A stretch of DNA of 64,000 bases from the NCBI RefSeq assembly GCF_006345805.1, contig NC_043000.1, positions 160,456,001-160,520,000 on the forward strand, written 5' to 3'. Each line of letters starts with the position of its first letter. Position 1 is the stretch's first letter. Shown one piece after another: positions 27,522-40,808 of this stretch. The DNA is from Octopus sinensis. Taxonomy: Eukaryota. A program made the position numbers and the translations under genes. The notes under the pieces are model-generated. The model worked only from the letters and a program-made list of their open reading frames with translations. It ran no database searches and had not been told where the DNA came from.

Positions 27522-28129
27522 TACAAACACACACACACATACACACACACACATGCAAACACACATGCACATACATAGATACACATACACACACGCACAC
27601 ACACACACACACACACCACACCACACACACAAACATATATATATATATAAACATTCAGAACAGAGAGAGTGAAAGCTCTGTATTTCATTAATATACAATT
27701 GTTTCATCGGAATTCGATCTCATGCATATTGGCTGTATATATAAACTCCTACGAATGAAACTGTATATACATAACATAAATAAATGTACATAACCCATTA
27801 TTTCTATCTGTTATATATACATGTCACTATGTGCATGGTGTATATTATATATATATATATAATTTCAAACTATGCTAATAGGCAAGGGGTCTTTATTTTT
27901 TGTAATTCAAAGATGTTTTTGAACTTCAAATTCAATCCCTTGTAGGTTTACTGCAAATACAAAGCCTTCCTAATCATAGATCTGGAAATGGATAATCCAT
28001 ATTTAGAAAAGGGAGGAAGGATGTCGGATGATAAATGTATAATAAATCTATGGAAAAGCGTGCAAAAGTAAGCAGCGGAAATATTGCAAGAAATATGAAA
28101 GATCTTGAACACCCACTTCACACACGCGT

Positions 28130-28161
<32 letters not shown>

Positions 28162-30468
28162 CACACACACACACACACACCACACACACACACACAAACA
28201 CATAGACACACACACGCGCGCACACACACATTTATTTATATAACACTGGGCTTGAATTCCGTTACCGTTTTGTTTGGTATATCTTTTCCTTTCTCTGCAA
28301 TTTCGAATATATGAATAATATTAAACCAAAACTTAGAACGTAGTTATGAGAGTGGCTGGAACTGCCAGTTTGATGTCTGTAGAGGACTGCACAATTTTAT
28401 ATACCGTAACATAGGAACAGAATAAAATTTTCAATTTTAAAATTACTAAAGCTTGATTATCGGCAAAGGAAAATAATTATGCTCAGAATGTATGTAGTTT
28501 CGTATACCATCATATACGAAGAAAAATGTTCGTTTTGTTTACTGTCTGTCCCGTGGTCAGCTTTTTTGAAACACATTTTATACTGTTTATACATGTACAT
28601 CACGCGTTTTTTCTCCCAGTACGATTCACCATCAGAATGACGAAGCTCAGGTGATCCCTTCTAAACATAGGATAATATTATTTTCTGGTTTTGAGAAAGC
28701 ACATTTGATACAATATATATCCGGAACAGGGACAATATTAGAAAGAAATGTAAATTTACGTTTTATTATACAAATGCATGAAGTGCTGCTACTCGAATAT
28801 TAAGTAGATAAAATTATGTGCTGGCTTTTGGGATGGTTACCAAACGTTACACTTGCAGTAGATTCTATAATATTTATCAAAAGAACATAATTGATTACAT
28901 ACACACGCACTCACACACACACAATCACACAACAAGCATACAAGCATATAAACACGTATATATATGTACTAACACATACACACACTCACATACATATGTA
29001 TGTGCGTATTCATTAGTATTTGTATATGTATGTGTATGCGTGCTCACGCTGTTGTTGGTGTCTATGCGTGTTCTTTCGAGTGTGTGTAACTGTGTGTGCC
29101 TTTCTTTACAGAGAGAAATTTTATGTTTCAAAATTATTGGTATATTAATAATCTGTTCTGTTTGAAAATACAAAAAAAATCCTTCCATTTATCTTACGGT
29201 TTCTCTGTTTTGCTTTGTAAAACATCCACTCAACTTTTAATACCTTTCTTGTGAACCTCTTACACTCATGCGCTCAGAAAATCTAGCAATCTTTCCTATA
29301 CCTGTAACATTTCTCATTAAAAAAATTCACAAGCTCCTTATATACAAATTGTAGACAGATACACTCACACGCAGTATTTCTAGCGCTCACAACAATTTTC
29401 CATTTTTCTTTTCTTTTTTACATTTACAGTCATTTATATTGAGCAATTTTTAAACGTTCTCTGTTTATACGTATAGATTGAAACGTATAAATATAAGTGC
29501 ACGAAAAGATATCTCTTGGAACACAGAAAACAAATATCGACTTAAAATTCATTACTTCCAAAAGTGAATTATAAATGCATATATATATGTGTGTGTGTGT
29601 GCGTGCGTGTGTGTGTGTGTGTGTGTAAGTGTGTGTATATATGCATTTATATATATATGTACATATATGTTTGTGTGGCAGTTTCCATCTGCTGGTATAG
29701 CCTATCTCTATATTAGATTGTCAAAGGCTTTCTCTGTAAAATCTCCAATCTTAGGCTCAAGAATATCATGATGTTTTCGAAACATTTAATTATGGCAATC
29801 ATTATTTTTATCTTGATAAGCATGACATTGACAACGAATGAGCAACAATATTTGAAATCCAATATTTGAATATTAATTTCTAAAGTAGGAATTTAATTGC
29901 ATTACCTTTGTTAAATATATTTTGAAAGCATTTAAAATTTGCAAGGGAATAATTTGAGAATTGGTAGTTTAAATGTTGTAGTCTTATAGGCGACGGTTCA
30001 ACAGCGTACCGTGGCGATGAATGATCGGAGTTCCTAAAAATTGCGATATATTGAAGCGAAATTCTAACAATTCAGCTATTGTAAACTAGTTAACAGAAAA
30101 TTAAAGAAAATGTTCACGTCTGAGGTGGCGTTTTTAATTCTAGGTTGACGGCGAGGGGAAACAAGGATTTTAATAAGAACAACAGTAAAAGTAAATAACT
30201 TGGTAAGCAAGGTTCTGCTTGGTTTTCTTTGTTGTGTTATAGATTCCTTCACCGATTCGTAGAAATTTGGTCTTCTTTGTGATATTAAATATTTGGTCAA
30301 AATGATATCATCAGATATGTGTCCAAATGTGTATATACTATAAATAAATATGAGATACTCATCTTTCCACAGACAGAAGACGGTAGTCTTTCACCGTTGA
30401 ATGTTTTAGGAAATTAGAAACTAGGGAAATCGTCATAATTTCTGTACTCTCAAAATTTCAAAAACATG

Positions 30469-30500
<32 letters not shown>

Positions 30501-30544
30501 CACCATACATATATATACATATACATATACATACATACATGCAT

Positions 30545-30583
<39 letters not shown>

Positions 30584-30589
30584 TTTATA

Positions 30590-30624
<35 letters not shown>

Positions 30625-30796
30625 TATTATGTATATATTGGCAGGGCTGGCCTGCTAGGTAGCCGGCCAAAATGCTAGAAGAAGATCATCAACGATCAAA
30701 CTACAAGGGAAATTCTCTAGAGGAAGATTTCAGCGAACACCAGAACCAACTTTGGCGGGCAGGACATATGAAAAATTAAATAAAAAACAGACTTAA

Positions 30797-30870
30797 ATGC
30801 ATACCTCGGTTTCGGTCTTAACAAAAGAATTACTTGCATAATTCAAGTGTCCGTGACTTCATCAGTACAT
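30797..30870 (-). ncRNA. Type I hammerhead ribozyme motif, family C (minus copy)
   Basis: Exact reverse complement of 31450-31523. Confidence 0.75.
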
Positions 30871-31449
30871 TCGGTCCTCGAGATGCAAACCGCAAGACTA
30901 ACCCCAGCTCTCTGTGTCAGACAGACACGTGCTTAGTCTTACTGATTACATCGGGAATAAAGTTTCAAATGTCTTGGTTCTGGCGCGCTAAGAGACTCCT
31001 GAAGCGAAGGGCTGCAGTGATAATTCACTGCGGGTAGTGCTTACAACTAGGAACGTATTTATTTAAATATTTAAAAATTGAGGGAGATAAATTAATATTA
31101 ATTTTAATATCAATTTAAAACCAGTAGTCCAGCATTCAAAAAATCTGAGGAGTCAGAGAAAAATTCAAATATATGTGTATATTGGCAGGGCTGGCCTGCT
31201 AGGTAGCCGGCCAAAATGCTAGAAGAAGATCATCAACGATCAAACTACAATTTATTTGAAATTTTATTCCCGATGTAATCAGTAAGACTAAGCACGTGTC
31301 TGTCTTGACACAGAGAGCTGGGGTTAGTCTTGCGGTTTGCATCTCGAGGACCGAAATTTTATTCCCGATGTAATCAGTAAGACTAAGCACGTGTCTGTCT
31401 TGACAGAGAGAGCTGGGGTTAGTCTTTCAGTTTGCATCTCGAGGACCGA

Positions 31450-31523
31450 ATGTACTGATGAAGTCACGGACACTTGAATTATGCAAGTAATTCTTTTGTT
31501 AAGACCGAAACCGAGGTATGCAT
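31450..31523 (+). ncRNA. Type I hammerhead ribozyme motif, family C (plus copy)
   Basis: AUGUA-CUGAUGA-AGUC-(37 nt)-GACC-GAAAC-CGAG-GUA-UGCAU: stem I AUGUA/UGCAU, stem II GUC/GAC behind an A-C mismatch, stem III AC/GU, GUA cleavage triplet (predicted cut after 31518). Confidence 0.75.
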
Positions 31524-31794
31524 TTAAGTCTGTTTTTTATTTAATTTTTCATATGTCCTGCCCGCCAAAGTTGGTTCTGGTGTTCGCTGAATTCTTCCTC
31601 TAGAGAATTTCCCTTGTAGTTTGATCGTTGATGATCTTCTTCTAGCATTTTGGCCGGCTACCTAGCAGGCCAGCCCCGCCAATATACACATATATTTGAA
31701 TTTTCTCTGACTCCTCAGATTTTTTGAATGCTGGACTACTGGTCTTAAATTGATATTAAAATTAATATTAATTTATCTCCCTCAATTTTTAAAT

Positions 31795-32000
<206 letters not shown>

Positions 32001-32020
32001 AAGTCGACCATTGTATGATA

Positions 32021-32128
32021 AGTCACAAGCTGCATGAATTTGGCATAGTCGGAAATCTTGGCGAGTGGCGACATGAAATTTTATAAGGTAGACTTCAGGC
32101 AGTGGTATCGAATGGAGCCACCTCTAAG
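32021..32128 (+). mobile_element. Short CR1-type RT fragment
   Basis: Translates [41 protein letters not shown], homologous to the RVDHNILLSKL...RTQHVVVDG segment of the LINE at 8941-9921. Confidence 0.7.
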
Positions 32129-32654
32129 GGAGAAAAAAAAAACAAAGAAGGAAAAGGAGAAGGAAAGAATAAAATAGAGAGAACATGGAGGGATAAAAAT
32201 AGATAGAAAAAATAGTTATCTCTATTTTATTTTCTTCATTTTTCCTTTCCCTTATTTCTTTTTTTTCTCCCTTTCTTTCTATTTTCCTTCTTATATTTAC
32301 AAGAAGAATGAACCCATTTAAATCTATTTAACATTCACTCTATGCTGACTGGTGATACAGTATGGACAGATTTTCGAAATCCAATGAACCTTTATAAAGT
32401 TATACAGTTACGAAATTTTACAAATACACTTTCTCAAGGAGATATGATATACCTATTATAATGGGTAATACTACATTTACCTTTCATATTTTTTATAGTG
32501 TGATGTAACTCTTTGGAATAACAAGGCATGCGGCTGAAGAGATCTTTACACCAAGTTTTATATGTATTATACACTGATGTAAGAACCGGTCGTTTATAAA
32601 GCTTGAAAAACGTGTACCGCGATATACTATGTGTTCTGTATTTGATTTTATTTG

Positions 32655-32693
<39 letters not shown>

Positions 32694-32715
32694 TGTATGT
32701 ATGTACATATGTATA

Positions 32716-32946
32716 GGCGGCGAGCAGGCAGAATCGTTAGCACGCCGGGTGAAATGCGTAACCGTATTTCGTCTGCCGTTACGTTCTGAGTTCAAATTCC
32801 GCCGAGGTCGACTTTGCCTTTCATCCTTTCGGGGTCGATAAATAAAGTACCAGTTACGCACTGGGGTCGATGTAATCGACTTAATCCCTTTGTCTGTCTT
32901 TGTTTGTCCCCTCTATGTTTAGCCCCTTGTGGGCAATAAAGAAATA
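32716..32946 (+). mobile_element. tRNA-derived SINE, second family, full length
   Basis: GGCGGCGAGCAGGCAGAATCGTTAGCACGCCGGG head, B-box-like GAGTTCAAATTCC, body GGGGTCGATAAA...GTGGGCAATAAAGAAATA; homologous to 51770-52361. Confidence 0.9.
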
Positions 32947-32952
32947 TATATA

Positions 32953-32995
<43 letters not shown>

Positions 32996-33164
32996 GGGGG
33001 AGAGAAAGAGAGAGTTAGACACACACACATACATTCACGCTCCTGCATATGTACAAACATATGCGGCGTGTGCATGAAAGTCGCAAATGCACTGGATTCA
33101 TTCTTACACTCATGTACATACATATAAAATTCACATGCCATAAACAAACATACAATGTGACCGC

Positions 33165-33365
33165 GTGTATACCGTTGGTGATTTTTTTCCTCCGTCTTCC
33201 CATCCTTGGATCTTTCCTTTCCCTATGTTTCTGACGAGGAGCTCCACTCGAAACGTTAAATCCCTCTCCTTTCTTTCCTTTCCTGAGCGTCCAATAGCAC
33301 TATACTTGTTCCACGTCCTCGCGTTGTTGTGTTACCTCTTTCTGTTTTCATGTTTGGATCAACTA
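33165..33365 (+). mobile_element. Penelope-type pseudo-LTR, family A copy 3, with hammerhead
   Basis: Shares CTCCGTCTTCC and CCACGTCCTCGCGTT blocks with copies 1 and 2; GUUU-CUGACGA-G-GAG-CUCCA-CUC-GAAA-CG-UU-AAAU at 33227-33261. Confidence 0.72.
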
Positions 33366-33366
33366 T

Positions 33367-33881
33367 ATCTATATATATAAAACTGTAGTTCTGTGAGTGT
33401 CTGTCCCCTTCGATTTAGATTCCTAACTACTCCCACATTTTGCGGTGCAGTTTAACCAAATTCGGGTATCTTATAGTCGTGATTCATATCGAGCCCTTCT
33501 GGGTATTAGCGCGCGTCTACGATGAGTCTACGATTTTAAAAATAATTTAACATCATTTTTTATTCCATTTTAATGCATAATTTTTCGTGTGTCGATGGCG
33601 GCGGAGTTGGCGTCCATGGTCACACCTGCACCTGTTTGCTTCTCCCCCTTCTTTCCTCCCTCGTGAAGCAGTGGGGAAGGGAGTGTAAGGAAATCAACGT
33701 CGTAAAGCGTTGTCTAGGAGACCAGCGTTCTTTTAGAACAACGACTTCATGGCTTGAAGACACCAAAACAGAAATGGCTAAGAAAGCCCGAATTGGCATC
33801 TATAAGGGAAGTAACTCTCTAAAAATGCTTATATAGTTATTTCCCTTACAAACGCGAGCAACGCCGGGCGATACTTCTAGT
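33367..33881 (-). mobile_element. Non-autonomous Helitron/Helentron-like element, second copy with an internal insert of about 213 bp
   Basis: Minus strand starts ACTAGAAGTATCGCCCGGCGTTGCTCGCG and ends TTTTATATATATAGAT; body matches 22364-22761. Confidence 0.72.
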
Positions 33882-33946
33882 GTATATATATATATATATA
33901 TTATTATATATATATATAATATATATATATATACATATATATATAT

Positions 33947-33978
<32 letters not shown>

Positions 33979-34199
33979 ATATATATATACATACACGTAC
34001 ACACTCACACAATTGAAAAGAAAAAAGGAGCAAGTGAAAAAATATAAAAAATAAAAATACAATTGATAATTAATGTAGCTAATGCATATAGGAAAACTTG
34101 TGCAGGAATATAATAGAAATATGAATTTTAACCGTGATCTTGGGAGGCCTAAAATAATTACAGGTATTTTGTGACATGTGGGGATGAACCAAATTGTTC

Positions 34200-34800
34200 A
34201 GTTCTTCAATATAAACATGTAGCATTGTCTAAGGAATTTTCCCAGATGTGCCATCTTTGCATATTACAAAGACCGTACTTGCTACTACCGTTGATATAAA
34301 GTTTACACTTGGCTAAGACCTTCCAGTAAATCTTGTAGTCGACACATTATTCTTTCAAGAACCATATATAACTGGATAATTTGGTAGTTTTTCGTTTATT
34401 CACGTGCCTGAAGCTTAAGGTGTGATTGTTGAATCACGCTTTGAAATTTCCTTCTGTGAGACCCACGTAGCTCTTGGATGAAACTGTACAATTAGCGTTC
34501 GTGGAATTTATGGGGACTTCATAAATAATGACCTCAATCACACAGGCTCCATTCAGTGGGCACAAGTCTTTATCCCTGCAGGAACAACCAGCTTCGTGTT
34601 GTTGTGTGGCACTGTGTGTAATTATGATTTTAAAGTTTGGGGTGGAACTAAAACTAATGTTTAGGTTATACCTATTAAAGAGTTTTCTATATTTGTGACG
34701 TATTGGAAAATGTCTATCTATAACTGACAAGAAATATTTACCTATATTAATGGTTACTTCGGTGGAGTGAGGAGTGCGTGAAGCAGATAATTTTCCTATG
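34200..34800 (-). mobile_element. Penelope-like element, GIY-YIG endonuclease remnant (family 1)
   Basis: CSCRDKDLCPLNGAC...IIYEV...SYVGLTEGNFK, followed by IWFLKE...YKIYWKVLAKC. Confidence 0.8.
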
Positions 34801-34989
34801 TATTAGTTAGAAAATTTAAGAATTACTGGAAGTATTGTCCAAATTAATAGTAAGTATAAATGTTTTTTAAGTGTCCTTTTTTATTGGTTTGTAGTGGTTG
34901 GTTCTATCTTCAGTTGTGGCGTATACTTGTTAATAAATTGCTTTTCTTTTTTAGTCTTGGTTGTTGGTTTAAAGAATCCCAGCACTAGT

Positions 34990-36800
34990 AAAGGGAAAAT
35001 ATTTTGAAACTGGGTAATTCAGTTCCTGCACAGGTTGCAATGTGACCGCTTATAACAATTTCCGTCGTGTTTTTATCTTGGATATGATGGAAATAAGTCG
35101 TCCATCTGTTGCGTAACAATCTGCCCGTATGACCTACAGTATGCAATTACGTTGGCAACCATTGTATGTGATTACGTAAATCAGTTTTTCTATAGTGAAG
35201 GTGAAATTGGATTTAAATTTGAAGGTTTAGCCCTCTTTGACTTTACATTCTTGTCCCTCAGTTAGGTAAAGGTAAGTGCCGTAATTTCTTCTTCCACATT
35301 TTGTGACTGTTGCGTTAGGTTTTTAATTCGCGAGATTTTGATCCAGTGAGAATAAGTTTTAATGTCTTGGGTTGCCTTTTGCTTTTGATGATTTGTTGTT
35401 TTTCTAAAATTTTTCTCATTTTATCATCTGCAAAATAAAATGGAGAAGTTTTTACGGTTTTTCTGGGATTAAAGGTTGACACAAATGGTAAGACATTTCC
35501 CTTTTGTTTTTTGATTTCCTAAGTACATTGATATCTATTTGTTTTGCCTTGTTTGTTCCGTTGTTGATTATGCCCGGAAGGAAAGCTCTTCGGATAAGTG
35601 TTTCCTTATCTAGTCTTTGTTCATATTTGGACGCTTCTCATACTATAGAACAAATTCGTCTTGTCAGATTGAAGAGAATATTGAGTTTCGTGTGTTTTGG
35701 GTGACATGATGTAAACAGAAGGTACTGTTTGAAGTAAGTGGGTTTGAAGAATATGTCCTTTTCTATATTCCCACCTTGGTTTGTAATTAGGATATCCAGA
35801 AAGGCGAGTTCTTTGAGATAAAACTCCATAGTGAATTTGATGCTATTGCTGAGGTTGTTTAAGATGTTTTTGAATTCAGTTAGCTTGTCAATGTTTTCCT
35901 GCTATAAGATAAAACAGTCATCCAGGTATATTTCCAATTGTTTCTGAGTTGTATATGAAACGGGTCACCGAATATTAGAAGAAAGCGGTTGTATATCTTT
36001 TTTTCATTGAATCTCATGACTAAGTTGGCGTATGTGAGAGCTATTTTCGTACCCATCGCCGTTCTTGATGTTTGGCAGTAATCCGAACCGTTGAAGGTAA
36101 AATGGTTGTTCTCAAGTATGAATCTCAACTCAAATGATAAATTCTTTTTCTATGTGTGCTGCATTTTCAGCTTGGTGAGTGTCTAAATAGTATTGGAATG
36201 CAGTTATTTCATAGTCATGGTGAATTTTGATATAGAGGTTGACACGTCAAATAAAGTAAAAATTATATGTTTATTTACCGTTTTTTGACAGATAATTTAG
36301 TATATATAGGTAAACACGTATGTAGCTCTGTATATATTTTAAGAACTGTTTTATGAGGATGTTCAAGAAGTTGCGGAGTCAGTGTTTTTCACATGCTGCG
36401 ATGCTATTATTGATCTAAGTTTTAAATCATCTGCAGGTGTTAACTACATGTATTTGCTTGCTGAATATTTACGGGCATCACTTGTCCATTTGCATTTATC
36501 GATTTTTAGACAACCATAAAAAATGCTCGTTTTGCATTTGAAGTGGCTTATAAAGTCAATTTTTTCCTAGACATAAAACCCATTCAAGAAATGCTTGTAA
36601 GCCAATCTCTCATCGGAACCCACAGATATCTTTTGTACAATAGACAACTACACTTCCCACTTTTTCTCTCTATAATCTTGAACTGTATACCAAACTATTT
36701 TTAAAGAAAACTTCAACGTAAAAACTCCAGACTTGCTCTGACCACCAAATAGAAAATAGACACAAGCTGCTTTTGCTTCCAATTTCCATAAATATTTGAT
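34990..36800 (-). mobile_element. Penelope-like element, RT plus GIY-YIG remnant (family 2)
   Basis: FILENNHFTFNGSDYCQTSRTAMGTKIALTYANLVM; LAFLDILI...DIFFKPT...YLLFTSCHPKHTK; KLIYVITYNGC; many frameshifts. Confidence 0.85.
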
Positions 36801-36942
36801 AAGATGAAATTCATCATCGAAAGCGGTAATTTTTTATTTTTTCTATATATAATATTTAAATCTTTGTATTAAATCTTTTCTGAATTGAAATGTCTCACAT
36901 TTACTTCTATGTTGTTTCCAACTCTCTCTCTATATATATATA

Positions 36943-36999
36943 TTGAGAGAGAGAGAGAGAGAGAGAGTGAGAGAGACAGACAGACAGATCGATAGGTAC

Positions 37000-37065
<66 letters not shown>

Positions 37066-37093
37066 TGATAGATAGATAGATAGATAGACAGAC

Positions 37094-37192
<99 letters not shown>

Positions 37193-37193
37193 C

Positions 37194-37270
<77 letters not shown>
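36943..37270. repeat. (GA)n then (GATA)n array of about 300 bp
   Basis: Directly visible. Confidence 0.95.
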
Positions 37271-37409
37271 CACATCCTCACACACGTACATCAACATATA
37301 TATACGTTGAAAAACAAGTAATAGGTGTAGAAATGAACGGGAAACAAACATAGCTCCCTATATATATATGGAGATGTATACAATATAGAAGTTAATCTAA
37401 GAATCTATT

Positions 37410-37560
37410 TAATATCTTTTGCCAAACCGCTAGGTTATGGGAACGAAAACACAACAACATCGAATGTCAAACAATGTTGTGGTTATAAGACACACACACA
37501 CACAACATACACCAGCTTCCATGTACGAAATCCACTCACAAAGGTTTGGTCGGCCTTATG
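37410..37560 (-). mobile_element. Old diverged fragment of the first SINE family
   Basis: GCCAAACCGCTAGGTTATGGGAACG and AAATCCACTCACAAAGGTTTGGTCGGCC resemble 8418-8450 and 24151-24180. Confidence 0.55.
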
Positions 37561-37639
37561 TTATAATATATATATATATATTGACATATGCTTTCAATAT
37601 ATATATATAATTAACATATGCTTTCAACTTGCCCTTCAA

Positions 37640-38300
37640 CTCAATATCCAGGAACTCAGACATTCCAAATTAAAGAAGGATTTACAATCAAAAGTGCTAC
37701 CATACATCTCCACACATGACCTCCTTAACAATGAAGCCTTCGACACCATCCTTCAAAGCATTCTCCTGCAAAAAAACGGACCACAGAATGAACTTATTCC
37801 TCCAAACACACACCATCATAAAAAGCAAGAGACAACCCAAATCTATGAAAAGTCTCCTAACACAAGCCCGAATACACTCAACAACAACACAGATGCCATC
37901 AGTAAAAAAATGTGGAAGACCCAACTGTAGGATATACGTCAATTTAATTGAGGGATCAGAGTTCTCATTCAAACAGGGACAACGTTTCACGTGTGCTTCG
38001 GAGAACCTGATATACGTACTAACCTGCTTTAGGTGTCAAGAGCAATACATAGGCCAAAAAAAAACAGTCAACGTAAAAGGATGACTCTGCACAGATCCCA
38101 GATCAAATTTCACCAGAATAGAAAAATAACATTCAACCAACACATCGACCTTTGCGCCAATAACAAAAACCCAAGCTTCATATTTTTTCCCCTTTATCAA
38201 TTGAGTGACGACACACCCTGTAGTCAACGAATTAGTAAAGTGACCTCTTTAAAACGCATCCATAACGAACCACTTTTAGGTCACTTGAACATTTAACACC
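37640..38300 (+). mobile_element. Penelope-like element 3' ORF remnant (GIY-YIG)
   Basis: IIKSKRQPKSMKSLLT...KCGRPNC...ENLIYVLTCFRCQEQYIGQ...RMTLHRSQI; homologous to but clearly diverged from 34990-35600. Confidence 0.85.
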
Positions 38301-38816
38301 CTACTACTATCATACCACCTACATTACTTCTTATTCTCCCTTCTCTTTCTCCTTCTTCGTCTTTTTCCTCTCCGCCACCTCATTTTTAACTTTACCTCTA
38401 TTGCACTTTAGAATAACGCCTACGCAAAGTTTATAAACAAAACTTTCTTAAGAGATGTATCAAGAATTGAGGGGAGGTTGTGTGGGTTGAATGTGTGGGG
38501 TGCGCAGCGGGTGTATGTAGGTGAATGGACGATATGGAGGAGGCGAAATTTTGATACAAAAACGGCTGAAAGGAACAGAATAGTGTAGAAAATTAATGGT
38601 TTGAAATTTCGACACAAAACTAGCAATTTCACGGAAGAGGATTGGTCGATTATACCTGTTCGTGTCAACTGCATGTACGACCATAAAAGTGTGGTCCTTT
38701 TCGAACCTACCCTTAGCTACTTAATGATGGCTTTTCACGCTTTTTTCCTTGGGTGAAGTGGGCTGTACGATGAATTTTGGATCTTCGGCATAGAATTTTG
38801 GATCTTCGATTATATG

Positions 38817-38935
38817 CGACCCCAGTACTCAACGATGGCGAAAGGACGAAAGGCAAAATCGACCTCAGCGGAATTTGAACTCAAAACGTAAAGAAGGACG
38901 AAATGCCTCTAAGCATTTTGGCAAGCGTGATATCA
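38817..38935 (-). mobile_element. Diverged fragment of the second SINE family
   Basis: GACCCCAGTAC...AAAGGCAAAATCGACCTCAGCGGAATTTGAACTC is the reverse complement of the 32716-type body. Confidence 0.7.
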
Positions 38936-40354
38936 ATGGTGGGGGGAATAAATACTAAAACTTGTAAATTATGAGAAACATAGTCCGAAGAAAATATAAA
39001 ACATTAAGAAAGATATATAAATAAAATGTGAAAACACCGGTGAAAAATAAAGAGATTTTGCAGAATATCTAAAGGAAAACAAAGAGGAACAAATAATGCT
39101 GTTAAATATTAAAGATCACGTATATAAGAATCATTTTCTTTTCCACATACAATAGGGTGTGAGTGTTTGTGTGGCTGTGTATGTGGTAGCATGATCCACA
39201 CTATTGACACAAAATGTATGTACTTTGTATGACTATATATTAAACGTAATGTTATACGGCACAAGACTATGATTTTAAGTTTCGTAGCCATAAAATAACT
39301 CTTGTATAATCTACATTACCGAAGCTTTAACAGCAAATTAATTCTTTTATGCAAAGTGGTTCCAATATAGTAACATATAACGAAGCGTGCCGAAAATATC
39401 GAGAATTCTTTCGCATCATTTAGCTTCTTAAGCAAAATGTCGAAATGAGCTTCAAGGAAGGAAATTAATATTCAGAAATAATGAGTATAATAGTAGTCGC
39501 AACTACAAAGCAAATGCTTTTTTTCATAAATAACTGAACAGATATATTGGAACATGTAATGGAAATTTTCAACGTTTGTTCGTCAATGTAGTAACAAAAA
39601 TAGTTGCATATAATTTTCACTTATGTTTCTGTTTACCACCAGAGAAAATATAATACGTGTAATCTTGCTTTATTACAGTGTAAAAGTAATTCTAGTGCAA
39701 GTGGTGTCTCACTAAAGACTATACGTGGGAAATTGAATTTCAACAGGTGAAATGAATCAGTTTTTGCGAAAATATATAACAGTAACAGAATTACATAAGT
39801 TATGCTGATGGAGTGGATTGAAGTTATGAGCAGATAACCATCGATTCGAATCTTTACATTAACTTACTGTATCACAATGCAAAAATGTGTAGCAAGCATG
39901 TTTACAGTTTACTTTTAAGTACCCACATTTTGGCTCGTCACCATTGTTTTCTGGAAGCGGTCACATGACCATACCTGTTCGTGTCAAATGGATGCTTTAA
40001 GTCATCCAATCAATCCACTTGCCCCACCAAAAAAGTGTGGTCCTTTTTGAGCCCATCCTCAGCTATTTAAGAATTGCATTTCACGCTTTTTTCTTGCGTG
40101 AAGTGGGCTGTACGATGAATTTTGGATCTTCGGCATAGAGCAAGTCTTATTCCGCTTTGTATTCTCACTTAAGAAAGACTTGTTAGTAGACTTTTTGTCG
40201 CCATGCTTTGCGTTCTTCCAGCGCACATCATCATTTTCAAACTGCACACAGAACTAATATATTTTCCCTTTCTATATATAAGAGATGAGGAATTATGTGC
40301 ATTATTTACATTATTTACGTTTGACGGATATTTGTCCTCATCGTGTTTGTTGTT

Positions 40355-40400
40355 AACACAACGTTTCGGCTGATGCACCCTCCATACTTCATCAGGTGTC
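40355..40400 (-). ncRNA. Minimal hammerhead, family B minus copy (stem II damaged)
   Basis: GACAC-CUGAUGA-A-GUAUG-GAGGGUGCAU-CAGCC-GAAA-CG-UU-GUGUU. Confidence 0.6.
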
Positions 40401-40445
40401 CTGGGGAAATTTCTAACCTGGATTCTCATTCCAGGTATTTTTTGA

Positions 40446-40500
<55 letters not shown>

Positions 40501-40620
40501 AACCTCCTAAGCAGACCGAATGCAGATACGAACAGCATACGGGAACCAGCATTAAGGAAAGATAGGAGAATATTAGATTTATAAGCCTTAAAATTCACTC
40601 TATAATTGCCCACGATCAAT

Positions 40621-40687
40621 AGAGTAGTGGTTCAGAGCGCGGGCTACTAACCCCAAGGTTCTGAGTTCGATTCCGGGCAGTGACCTG
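40621..40687 (+). promoter_or_regulatory. tRNA-derived Pol III head (A box and B box), not a functional tRNA
   Basis: GTAGTGGTTCAGAGCG (A-box/D-arm like), CTACTAA loop, GTTCGATTC B box at 40665-40673; cloverleaf stems imperfect. Confidence 0.6.
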
Positions 40688-40762
40688 AATAATAATAATA
40701 ATAATAACAACAACATCGGAAAATATCTTAGGAATGAGAACCCATGTTCGAAATTTACCCAA

Positions 40763-40808
40763 GACACCTGATGAAGGCTGGAGGGTATATCAGCTGAAAC
40801 GTTGTGTT
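40763..40808 (+). ncRNA. Minimal type I hammerhead, family B plus copy
   Basis: GACAC-CUGAUGA-A-GGCUG-GAGGGUAUAU-CAGCU-GAAA-CG-UU-GUGUU: stem I GACAC/GUGUU, stem II GGCUG/CAGCU, palindromic ACGU in place of stem III; predicted cut after 40803. Confidence 0.75.

Noticed and set aside
30000-30440. Possible degraded Penelope coding remnant next to the family C foldback
   Set aside because: Only vague resemblance (NGERLPSSVCGK, VIYFYCC); too weak to call without a profile search.
40621-40687. Possible functional tRNA gene
   Set aside because: Acceptor, anticodon and T stems do not pair properly; treated as a SINE-type head.
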